DNA from: Octopus sinensis
Lineage: Eukaryota
Direction: 5' to 3'
DNA length: 64,000 nucleotides
Assembly (NCBI RefSeq): GCF_006345805.1
Contig: NC_042999.1
Location: 12,772,001-12,836,000, forward strand
The notes under the pieces were generated by a model. It saw only the letters and a list, made by a program, of their open reading frames with translations. It was not told where the DNA came from and made no database searches. Below, piece after piece: positions 1-11,881 of the stretch (positions are counted from its first letter, which is position 1; each line of letters starts with the position of its first letter). The position numbers were made by a program, and so were the translations under genes.

Positions 1-339
1 AAATGGTTAATTAACAAAGATTCTCTCTCTTTACTTTAGATTTCATCTTTCTGTCTTTTATTTCAAGCATCATCTGTTAGACTTCATGTTTAATTACCTT
101 TTACTTGTTTCAATCATTAGACTGTGGCCATGCTGGGGCACTGCCTTGGAATTGATTTCAGTACTTACATTTTGTTTTTTTGAAACCTGGTACTTATTCT
201 ATCAATCTCTTTTGCTGAGACGTTGCATTATGGGGACATAAACACACTAACACTGGCTGTCAAGCGATGGTTGAGGACAAACACACACACAGATTTTGGA
301 TTATGTACATACATACATGATGTTGCAAAAAACCAAAGT

Positions 340-1508
340 CCTAGTAGAAGGCGAACACATCACAAACCCCTTCAGGTCAGTGGCCCTGCTCGATCTGTAG
401 AAAGGGTGTTGGTAGAAACTCCATAAGATGTACCCAGTGTAAGCTATGGATGCATAAGAGATGCAGCAACATCAAAGGAAGGTTAATCGGGATGAAAGCC
501 TTTGTGTGCAGCAGATGCACAGGGGCAATAAACACCGCAGATGCTCAGAAAATGGATTCCATCACATGCCAGTGGGAGAAACTAAAAGTAGTTGATAGCT
601 TCTGCTACCAACGTGACCAAGTCTGTAGTGGTGGGTGGATGCTCGGAGAGCATTGCCACCAGAATAAGAATAGCCTGGGCAAAGTTCAGAAAGATTCTAC
701 TCCTACTGGTGATAAAGGGCCACTCACTCAGAGTGTAAGTGCACTGACAGAAATGATGGACATAAGAAGCATCAGATGTGGTGTGCAAAAGAGACGACTG
801 TGCTGTGTATGGATGAGGAGATCTGTGTGAAGAAGTGTCACCCCCTAACAATGGAAGTAACATGTGGTAGAGGGAGACCCAGGAAGACATGGGATGAGGT
901 GGTGAAGCATGACCTTTGAATGATGGGCCTCACAGAGGCAGTGACAAAAGATAGAGACCTCTGGAGATATACTGTGATTGGGAAGACCCGGTAAGTAAAG
1001 TGATATCCCAGCTGTAGCCTACACCAGTGTCGCATAACCAGTCCATTTAAAAAGTACCTTTTAATCGTCAGGTGACATGCTATGCTTGAGGAGAGCTACT
1101 GAGTCAAGTAAAATCAAAATTCAAATCACAATCAAAAATGGAAATTGTAATTGTGGCCAATGTCAGCGCCACCTGACTGGCTACCCGTGCCTTTGCAATG
1201 TAAAAAGCACCATCTGAACATGGTCAATGCCAGCCTTTTCCCGCCCTGACTGGCTCCTGTGCCGGCAGCATGTAAAAAGCACCATCCAATCGTGGCCAAT
1301 GCCAGTGCCGCCTGACTGGCTCCTGTGTTGGTCGCACGTATAAAGCACCCACTACATTCTCAGAGTGGTTGGTATTAAGAAGGGCATCCAGCTGTAGAAA
1401 CATTGCCATATCAGATTGGAGCCTGGTGCAGCCTCCTGCTTTGCCAGTCCCCAGTCAAACCATCCAACCCATGCCAGCATGGAAAACGGACGTTAAATGA
1501 TGATGATG
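340..1508 (+). mobile_element. 5'-truncated RTE-clade LINE (PHD-type finger, post-RT region, 3' UTR, (GAT)n tail)
   Basis: WPCSIC...HKRC, VDSFCY, GRGRPRKTWDEVV (frameshifted); ends catgccagcatggaaaacggacgttaaatgatgatgat. Confidence 0.85.
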
Positions 1509-1757
1509 GGCTTCTTTCAGTTTCCATTTACAAAATCCACTCACAAACCTTTGGTTGGGCCTAGCCTATAGTGGAAGACACCTACTGAAGGTGTCATTCA
1601 CTAGAATTGAACATAGAACCAGTTGGTTGGGAGACGAACATCTTACCACACATCCATGCTTGCATTGTAATTGTAATTGATTTTGGAATTATTATTCTAA
1701 ACCCTAAAATATCACACTTACAGACACATGCATACATTTGTATTCTGTTATTTTCAG

Positions 1758-1860
1758 GAATCCCTGAGTTGGGTTTGTTTCACGGATATCTGTCCAGTGC
1801 CAACATGTCCACTTTCTCTTCAAAAGCGAGTTGAAGGAACCTGCTGTGCCATCTGTCCTG
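1758..1860 (+). CDS. KCP: KCP-like exon, end of a vWC repeat (ESLSWVCFTDICPVPTC...GTCCAICP)
   Basis: ttttcag acceptor, gttggt donor, 103 nt, phase 0-1; vWC cysteine pattern CCxxC. Confidence 0.9.
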
Positions 1861-3877
1861 GTTGGTCCCTTTTCTTTTCTTCTGTTTTTAGATCTCACAA
1901 ATTGACATAAACTAAACATGTTTTCTATTGATTTCTTTGTTTTATGATTTTTTGCTTTCAATATATTGCCAAATATCTAGAAATTGTTTTCTTACTAAAA
2001 CTAACAGAAACACTGCCCTTCAGGTGGTTTTCTGCTTGTGTGTGTCACAAAGCGACTGTGATGTATCTGGCTTCACAGACCCCAGTTGAACCGTCCAACC
2101 CATGCTAGCATGGAAAGCGGACGCTAAATGATGATGATGATGATAAATATATGTAAAACTTGGAAGGGAAAATTTCTAAGTAATTTTCATATGATAAATA
2201 GCTATAGTATAAAAATATTCATACATATCCTCAAAGTATCTCTAAAAAGAGAGAGAGAAAGAGAGTGAACAAGAGAGAGAGAGAGAGAGAAACTGTTGCA
2301 AGAAAACAGATACAAATGTAAGACATTAAAAAATATCACAATGAATAAAAATTATTTTTTGATTGAAGCATGTAGGAGTTGAAATCTTCAATAATAAAGG
2401 AATCTTGAAAACCACATTTTGATTAAGATATATTAAAGTTAGAATTTCTAAGATCTTTGTTGACTGTATTAATTGCTTTTTTTTAGTAAATGTTACATAC
2501 TCCAAACTAATTAGTTAGATCAGGTCAGGGGACACCCTTGCAACACATCACTGCATCTACCATTTGTCAGTAACTGCTTAGGTTGTCCCAAGCAACCTTC
2601 CAAGTAGTTTTTCTGGTTAGTTCCCATCTCCATAAAATACTTCCTTATCTGCTGTGACCATGAAGCATGTGCTAACCAACACAAGCTGTCACCCCGGTCT
2701 CAGGTGATGCTCCCATATCATTTAAGCAACAGGATGCATCCTAGTTTCTGAGTAAAATCCTTAGTTGGAAACAGAATTAATTAGCAGCTTTCTTAATTAT
2801 AGTATGGATCATTAAAGTGGTGTGCTGGCAGAATTATTAAATTAGCAGCCTTCATTTGCACTTGTTACCTTCTGAATTGAAATTCTGCTGAGGTCAACTT
2901 TACCTTTCATCCTTTCACGATTGATAAAACAAAGTACCAGTCTAGAACTGCAGATCATATAATCGACTCCCTTACTTCCTAAAACGTTGCTGGCCTTGTG
3001 TTAAAATTCGAAACAAGTGTTGTTGTTATATTGTATGGGTGCAGATGTTGCTGTGAACTTTGCTTACCAGCTACCAAGACCTTTGGCAATATGCTGCACT
3101 TGAGAAGAAGACCTGACAAGCCAAGTGAAATTGTAGTTGTGGCTGATGCTACTGTCGTGCAAATGGCACATAAAAAGCACTTTACGAGCATTGGACCTCA
3201 CAGAGGCACGTGGAAAGCTCTTTTCGAGTGTTGGGCTTCACGGTGGCAATGACTGAGACCTTTGGTGTTATGTCTTACTTGAAAAGAAGATCCATCAAGC
3301 GAAGAAAAATTGCAGTTGCGCAAACGGCATCCGTGCCAGTGGCACATAAAAGCACCCATTACAGTCTCAGAGTGGTTGGTGTTAGGAAGGCCATCCAGCT
3401 ATAGAAAGTATACCAAATCACACTGGAGTCTGGTGCAGCCTTCCAGCTTGCCAGCCCTGGTCACACTGTCCAAGCATGGACTATGGATGCTAAATGATGA
3501 TGATGATGATGATGATGAACTACATGATTCTAAGTTTAGTCCATTGGTATTTTGGATAATGTTTTTTACTATAATCCTGAGCTGACCAAAATCTTATGAA
3601 TGAATTTGATAAACAGAAAATGGAAGAAACCTGGTGTGTATTAGTATCTCGTTGCCTTGACATTGTATAACAGGGATGCTCATTACAGCAGTGTCTTTTG
3701 TTTCCACTCTTTCATAACAACATGTCCAACCATGGGTAAATATTGTCTTACTTGGAAACAGGTGAGGGTTGGTGAGAGGGAAGGCATCTGACCATAGAAA
3801 ATCTGCCTCAACAAATTCTGTCTGACCCAAGGTGGACATTAAATGATGGCTACTGTTTTATATCTTTTCTGTAACAG

Positions 3878-3966
3878 CTTGTTACTATGATTTAGAAGAC
3901 AAATTTTATGAAGATGGTGAAACCTGGAAAGATGTTGACAATCCGTGTGTCATATGTCAATGTATT
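3878..3966 (+). CDS. KCP: KCP-like exon, vWC start (CYYDLEDKFYEDGETWKDVDNPCVICQCI)
   Basis: gtaacag acceptor, gtaagt donor, 89 nt, phase 1-0; missed by the ORF track. Confidence 0.93.
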
Positions 3967-4559
3967 GTAAGTATCTTCTTCATTTTTGAATGTTTTTGTT
4001 TCTAGATTTTTTTTTACAGTTTTTTTACTTTTCAACTCAGTTTTGTTATCAACATAAACACTACTTTGATAAATCCCTTGCATGAACAACACATAGATAA
4101 CAAAAGTTTCTTGGCCACATAACATCCATTGTTAATGAAATAGATGCCAGTCATGTGCTGAGGTTTATTCAAATTCCTTCCAAATTTGAGTATCTTTGGT
4201 AAGAATGAGTATCTAGTGAGTTTGTTTCCATTATATAGAAATGTTTTTAATAATAATAGATTTGATATGTAATTTATACACTTTTAGGGCATGGTTACTG
4301 TCAAACCACTGACAGATAAAGGATTTTATTATTAACTTAATTATTGATATATTCCTGACTCTAATGATTTTAAGATTCTGCTAGCTAATTGTTACAGATA
4401 AACCTTTCATTTGTTACAAGCACTTCTTAGTTATTATCAGCCATCTGTGAATAATCTTTGATCAGTAAGTGATGGTAGATTAGTGTGACCCTGTTTTCTG
4501 ATAAGAATGAATGAAGTTTCAATAAAACTGAAGCTGTAGTTCTTTGAACTTCTCTCCCA

Positions 4560-4910
4560 CCAATCCAAACCTCTGTTTCTCTGCTGTCACTAACACCAAC
4601 CTCATCCGGTCAATTACAGTCAATCAAACAAGGATACCATTGCAACTGTTATTCCCTCACTCATTTTGTTCTGACCAGGGCCTCCAAGAAAAATTTGGCA
4701 AGGTGAACATAATTTCTTTCAAGCCATGCATGATGGTACTTCCACTCAAAGTTCAAGAGTCCTAAGCAATTTTTAGGGAGTAGCCCATAGTCCAGCAGAT
4801 GGTCATGAACCTTTCCTTGGCTTTCTGCATCCCAGACCAATGTAGCAGTTGACCCCACCCACTCATAGGCCCTGGCTTTGACAACATAATACCAAGATTC
4901 TGCAAACCTA
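4560..4910 (-). mobile_element. Highly degenerate mariner-like transposase relic
   Basis: Fragments ESWYY...EW.GS and KVMTICW across frames recall mariner DETW...GKVMxTVFWD. Confidence 0.4.
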
Positions 4911-5058
4911 CTGAAACATATAACAGTTTTATTCTGACATTGGAAAATTCAAGAACAGAAAATATTTTAATTATTCTCTTGATGTAAATGTAAATGACTA
5001 TTTCATTCTCTATGCACAGCGTTAATTCAAAACTGATCGTTGTTAATATTCTTTGAAG

Positions 5059-5205
5059 GAACAAAGAATCCAATGCAATATGCAGGAATGTCCAACAGTA
5101 AATTGCAGTTTTGGAGAAGAGAAGACAAGAGTGGACGGCCAATGTTGCGAAACTTGTATTCCAGCCAATACTACAGCTTGTTTTCACAATGGTCAGACAA
5201 GACGA
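5059..5205 (+). CDS. KCP: KCP-like exon (EQRIQC...GQCCETC...CFHNGQTRR)
   Basis: ctttgaag acceptor, gtaag donor, 147 nt, phase 0-0; lies inside ORF 5053..5256. Confidence 0.93.
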
Positions 5206-6549
5206 GTAAGAGCGTTATTATCACTTTTGTTGTTGTTACTGTCACATAAATACTAAATTTTGATTAGCCTTATTTGATTTTTTGGCATGGTTCTCTTTTT
5301 AATTACCTATTTGTTAGTTGGTGACTGAATTAGCATAAACAGATACTGTAGATTGAAAGACAAAAAGTGACAAAATTAATTGCAAAACAATAGCATAATT
5401 ACTCAGCACGTAAACAGCAGCAGACTGTATGAAGGATCAATGCTAAGGAATGTGGTGTAGCATCGTTATGGACATTAGATGTGGAAGATTTGTGAAGGGT
5501 TAAATATAAGCTGTTTGATTTGTTAATTTATGTGAAAGGCAAAGTGGAAGTAAACTGAGAGAGTATTGGGAGTATTAGCAACAATAAGGGACCCATGTTG
5601 GAGAGATGACTGAATTAATGTAAATGTGTGAGAGATGAGAGAAAGAAAATTTTGCTTAACACTGATTGAAATAATCAATTGATTTTCACAGCTCCTCATT
5701 GATTTCTGCTACAAATTAGTATGACTATATATATATTGGAGGAGAAAGTCAAATATTGAAATGGTTTGATGAAATCTAAGCCAAGGGCTGCAACAGGAAT
5801 CTTACCTTTCTCATATGACTTTTAGAGTTGATTTTCTGTGTGTTAATATTAAAAAAAGAGTTTGTTACAACATACATGCATATTAAGTCAAAATTTATCT
5901 TCGGTTCTATGGTATATTTTCTGGTGTACTGGTTAAATTTTTCAGACCAATATTTACAGACAAGAAAGGTAAGTTGATTTATGCACCAAGGTGACTTTAG
6001 AGCATCAAAAATTCCTTGTGAAATGCAGCAGGATTTTAGATAGGGATGATATTTGAATGTTCCCACATCAATTTGTATGTTGGAAAATATGGTGAGTGAC
6101 CCACAATATTCTGGCAACCTTTCAGTGTGCTTTAGGTTTATCTCCTCCTGCCATCCCCAGTTGTCACTGGTGTCCCTTTTCAGCCAGGTGGACTGCAGCC
6201 ACATAAACTGAAAAGTTTTACTCAAGAACAGAATGAGCCACCTGGTCTGGGAATTGAAACCATAGCTTTACAATCATGACCCTAACAATGTAACCATTAA
6301 GCCGTGTTGCCTCACTTTAATATATTGTGTCTATCATTGGTAAGTTTTAATGTTTCAGGAAGTAAAAGAAAATCAACTGCGTCTGTTTGCTTCTTTATTA
6401 TACCCTTCGTCTGTCCACTGGTCCATCCCGAGATCTGAATGCTATGCACACACGCACACCCTGCACCTCTTCACCATTCTGTTTCTGAAGAATGTGGTCT
6501 ATGATTCAGTTTCTGCATGATTTTGATCTGGGTGGAAGAATAACAGCAG

Positions 6550-6551
<2 letters not shown>

Positions 6552-6618
<67 letters not shown>
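6552..6618. repeat. (TA)n microsatellite
   Basis: Read directly. Confidence 0.95.
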
Positions 6619-6624
<6 letters not shown>

Positions 6625-6796
6625 AGAAAGAGAGGATTTAGTTTAGTTGTTTTCAAAGTAACACAAGAACTAGTCATGTTGCTTCTAGAGTAAAGAATAT
6701 AATGGAAGTTACTGGGTAAATTGAACTAAAAACAGTCTATAGACATGTAATTGTTCAGTTGTATATATTTATATGTATTTTTTGTTATTCCATTAG

Positions 6797-6953
6797 AATG
6801 GAGAAATATGGTCTGTAGATGAATGCACAAAGTGTGCATGTGTAGAAGGCCGACCCGCTTGTAATACTCAAACATGTCCACTATCTGCAAATTGTGATAC
6901 TGAAGAAGAACCTTTCGTGAGACCTGGATATTGCTGTCCCACATGTCTAGCCA
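6797..6953 (+). CDS. KCP: KCP-like exon, last vWC (NGEIWSVDECTKCAC...GYCCPTCLA)
   Basis: cattag acceptor; the gtaggt donor at 6954 gives the phase 1 needed for the vWD frame; 157 nt. Confidence 0.92.
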
Positions 6954-7879
6954 GTAGGTAATTTCATACTTTTTGGGAATGTATTAAATATGAAATATAT
7001 TTCACTGTCTTCTCTTTAACCAATGACTTCTCTCATTCATAACCTTATGCTTTTTGTACTCACAATATTAGACAATAATTTCTTTTTAAAGTGACGTCCA
7101 TAATACGTGACAAGGCATCTTAAATAGACGCATCATCTTTGTTGTTTAATGTCTGTCTTCCCTCATGGTGTGGTCAGACAGTTCAACAGTATCTGACAAG
7201 CCTGCGGATTGCATTGACCTCCAGTGTATACTTTAGCATGGTTTCTTTGGCTAGATGTCCTTTTTAATGCCAATCACTTTACAGAATGTACTGGGTTTTT
7301 TTTTTTACTTGACACTAGCTCTAATGAGATCACCATGTATCTTGCCAGACAAAACTCCTTAGTAATATCTCCAGTCTGTTTTGCCATCCAATAGAATTCT
7401 AACATTCTGCTGCTTTCCTCAATAACACAAAACAAAGTGGAATTTGTCAGAACAAAGCAGTTTTGATTCAATATTAATAAATTATCTAAAGAGTCATTTT
7501 GGCTGAAAAACAAAATCTTAGACAGGCATTTTGATTTTGTGTTTGCTTTGAATAAAAGGCTGAGAGGCTGAGTGAACTGGGCCCCCTAGCACTCATGATA
7601 TCACTGCACATTTTCAGCTTCAACGTTTAAATCTAACATTTTTTATATACATCATGGTAACTGTAATTGCCACAGTTGCTGGCTCAGGCTAGTCTTCTAG
7701 TTAGTCTTTATTATTGGGTTTAACTATTTTGTTTGCATAGTCCTCTTGAAATACACTACATTTGTTTCAGTTAGTTTTGAAAATAAAGAAGAATTTAGTC
7801 AAAATCATTTTCATCATTAAGCTGACATTTGAAATATAAATTAACATGGAATTTTGATGGCAGACTTTCATTTAGAAGA

Positions 7880-10800
7880 TTCGGTAAGTTTCTGTTGCAG
7901 AACCAGCAGCAGTTGCAGGCAAATCCAAAAGGATTAAACTGAGGAATTACAACCGTGTTTCGTGGTCTGCTACCACAACAGCTCCTTTATAGGATCCAGT
8001 TAGCTCAAGACATCATCAGGAGGAACCACGTCCGGTTTCGGCCCCTACTCCTCTACCGTTTTGATGTACCCCCCACCCCTTTCGGAGGTGTCTTCAGCTC
8101 TGGTGTTGGGTGCATGTCTTCTTTCTTCTGTTCCCTGGTCTCTTCGATGTATCATCAGTGAGTGTCAGCCGGTGACTGACTGACTTGTCAAATTTTTCCC
8201 TTTAAATACCTGCTGCATAGGCTCCAGCAAGTTGTCACGTGACACTGTCTCACCTTAACTGACTAGTGAAGGCACGTAGTTTTAGCCCGCGCTTTTTCTA
8301 AACGACCGTCACCTGTCAGCCAGTGATGCTGATTCAGTGTCAGCTTGTCTCACCTAGTGATGTTATTTCCCACCAGCATGTTATGACTTTCAAGCCATTT
8401 TCGGTGTTCCCGCTTCAGCCATATATAGAAGCTGGCTTTTACGACCGCCTCCTGTACTCTCCTTATTAGTTTACGCAGCTCGGGGCTAGAAAAAACAAAT
8501 CTTCTTTTGAAAAGCGTTGTCATTTTCTTTTCAATGAAGCCCCTAGCCCCCACTGCCAGGTGATAATATTCGACATTCCATCCCTGTTCTCTGCATTCTT
8601 CGATTAGCTTTTCATACCTCTTCTCCTTTTGTTCCTCTGCATTGCCGATGTTTTCTTCCCAAGATACTGTCAGTTGTAGTAAAATTCCCATTCTCCGGTC
8701 TCTGTTCCATAGAACTAAATCCGGTCTTTTGTTGTTTTTATTAGTGGAAATACTACTTGTCTTTCCAAGTCCGTGGCCACCTCCCAGTATCCCTTCCATC
8801 TTTCGTCTATCTTGTATACTTTACTTGTAGGCCTGGTTTTATAACCTTTTCCCTCCTTGTGGAAGTATACTTTCCTGCGCTTTTCTACTTTTGGATACTC
8901 TCCCCTATCATACCTTTCGATCTTCTCCTTGAGTGCTGCGCTTATGACGCCGAGGACTTGATTATGCCTCCATGTATATCTTTCAAGTGCTAGTCTGCAA
9001 CCTGACAGAACATGTCTAACCGTCACTTTCTCTCCGCATCTACACTCATCAGCTTTGTTTATGTTCCACCGGACTAATTTCACCGGTGAGGGTAGAACGT
9101 CGAAGGTAGACTTGATCAGGAAGGATGTTCTTGCTTGTTTCCAAGCCCAAAGTTCCTTCCATGATATTCTGCGGTTGATCACATATTCCTCCCATCTCAG
9201 GCACTGTCCCTGTTGACTGCATTGCATTAAATGTACATTTCTTCTTCCTCCTTTCTCACTTCATGTACCACTGCCTCTTTCATCTCTTTTATACTGCTCT
9301 TGCAAAATGGCCAGAAATTTTGCGACCCTAGGCCGGTTCTAGCTTCTTGCATCGCTCCGACTATATCTGCGTGCCTTAGTTTTCCGATCGCCCTCTTCCA
9401 CCTTCCATTTCCTCTCTGTTCATACCTTTGGAGGGTTTTCCCGGATGCTCTGATCTTTTGAATACCATAGCATCATTACTGTCCTTGCCTTTCCTGCCTT
9501 ATATTCTTTGGCGATTGATGTTATTGGTAGTTGCAGCACGGGTTTTCCATATAGTGCAGTTGTATTCAGTGGTTTCGGCAGACCAAGCCATTTTCTGATA
9601 AACACACTGCATCTTTGTTCCATCCTTTCTACTCTACTCGAGGCTATTTTGTACATTTGCAATGGCCGCATTATTCTTGGGTACAGCCCAAATTGCAGTA
9701 TCCAACATTTGAATTTTCCCGGCAGCGTTGTTCTGTCAATTGCCTTTAATCCTTGTTCTACTAACTCATGTTTCTTTCCCTTGCTTCTTATCATTTAATA
9801 AATCTCTATACCATCTGCCGAGACTCTTTACTGGTTGTTCTTTCACCGTTGGCATGTCTTCACTTCCTATCCTGAATTTCACTTCTTCTTGCCTTCCTTT
9901 CACAAAAGCCATGCTTCGAGATATTTTGGCTTTGAATTTCATTCTTGCCCATCCTATCAGTTCGTTCAACCGCTCTAACGTTCCCTCTGCTGCTTCTCTA
10001 CTTTCCAATAATATAGTTACGTCATCCATAAAAGCCCTTAATGGTGTCTTTGTAACAGCTTTCTCACAGTTTGTAGATCTAAGTAACATTTCCATGACGA
10101 GCACAAATAAGATGACTGATATCGTGCATCCGGCTGCAATACCTATTTCAAGCCGTTGCCACTCCGTCATGAATTTTCCTGCTGTAAATCTCATCCTCAG
10201 GTTGAGCATTCGTTGAACATCTTTTGTAATCCAAAAGAAGTCCATCGCTGTTTTTATTATTGCGTGCGGAACAGATCCATAAACATTGGCAAGATCTAGC
10301 CAAACAATAAACAGGTTTTTCTTCAGTTATTTTGCACAGGTGATGGCTTCCCAGATGGCAAATGCATGTTCTATGCACCCAGGGATTCCTGCTTTTTGGA
10401 TTGCTTCATTAACGTACCCGTTATGCTGTACGAATCTTATGATTTGTCTAGCAATAATTCTAAACATGATTTTCTAACCCTAACCCTAACCCTGTCAGAA
10501 ATCGGTCTAAATTGGCCTAGTGTTTTTGCCTTTTTCTTTAGGTAGAAAGATACCTTCGGCTATACACCATCGCTCCGCTACATCTTTCTTCTTCCACATT
10601 TCTCTTATCAGTGCAAACAGCTGCAATCGTAATTTCGGGCAATATTTATATACCTTGAAGCTCACTCCATCTTTCCCTGGTGAACTTTTTGCTCTTGCTT
10701 TTCTTATGAACTCATCCATTTCATCAAATGGTACTCTTGGTTCAGGTGGTTTCTTCAGTCCGTGCATTTCTGGGAGAACTTCATTTCTGTCAGAGTCGCT

Positions 10801-11450
10801 GTGTGTCTCTTTCAGATGTTGTTTGAGCTCTTCTTTCGTGCAATCCAATTTTCCGCTTTTACTTTCAGTAAATAAATGTTTCACAAAGCTACGATAGTTC
10901 TTTTCTCTCTCCTTTCTTCTTTGTTTTCTTTGCTGGTCTCAATGCCCCCTTTTTTATCTCTTCATATAACCGTTTCAGCCCTTCTCTTTCCTCCTCCTTT
11001 GCATCCCTCCATCTGGTTCTGAGTTTTTGCTTCTTTTCTCGAATCTTTGCGATCCATCTTTCTCTCCTCAATGGTCCACTCTTTGCCGTTGATTCTACCT
11101 TCCCTGCTGTTTCCAGTCCAAATCGTTTCTCTCCTTCCTGGTAGATTGTATTAGCCAGGTTTTTGGAGCTTTTGTTCATCGTCGCCTTTGAATTTGGTGG
11201 TCATTCTTGCTACCTTGTTGTCAAATTTTTTATAACTCGCTGCGTCATTTGCTTTCGGCCACTTAATCTTTGTCCTCTTCACGCCTATCAGTCTTTTTGA
11301 CTGTTCCAATTCAATTGTGGAATGAACCTCGCTATGGTTATTTTCCAGGGGGTTCTGGCCACACGTCTTATGGTTTATCAACCTGTGTTGGCAGGGGAGA
11401 TAAAGTAGTGGCCAGTTACCTTCTTTGGATTAACTGTAGGCTGGACATCT
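7880..11450 (-). mobile_element. Near-full-length HERO-like non-LTR retrotransposon (RT plus restriction-like endonuclease), inactivated
   Basis: IKWPKAN, KSSPGKDG, GIPGCIEH, VWLDLANVYGSVPH, AFMDD, CxxC...HVLSGC...RYTWRHNQVL, RPDLVLW...LTVSWEE spread over ORFs 8350-11381 with frameshifts and stops. The left boundary is uncertain. Confidence 0.85.
10474..10493 (-). repeat. Short interstitial telomeric repeat AGGG(TTAGGG)2TTAG
   Basis: Plus strand reads ctaaccctaaccctaaccct, inside the HERO RT region. Confidence 0.9.
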
Positions 11451-11881
11451 AACAGTAAAAATAATTGGTTGGATAAATAAGTAATCTTAACCTTTAAGTA
11501 TGGAGATACTCAGAGCAGAGAATAACATGAGAGTGAAACATGGGCACAAAAGATTGAAGATTTGAAAAGACTTAAGAATAATGAAAGATTTGTTATTTTG
11601 CTCTAGATTGGTTCTGATCTACCATTCCAGCCATCCTGTTTTTTTTCTTATCAAACATAATGTATCTTGGAATGCATTTATCAAGTGTTTCTTTTTATTT
11701 TTAAGACAGCAGAGTATGATGGGAGGGAATTTTGGCTGTGACTTTTAGCATACTGGTCAATCATGTATTGGTTCTTTATAGGACTGATTAAGATTTAATT
11801 GATAAGCTGTGTAAATCTGCAGATTCACTTCTGGGACACCTTCCCCTACAACTTTATTTTCTTTTTTTTATTGTTTGACAG

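Noticed and set aside
8130-8190. Functional type III hammerhead at CTGATGA 8152-8158
   Set aside because: Stem I is offset from the core by 5 nt, stem II is absent and GAAA reads GAAG; kept only as part of the motif cluster.
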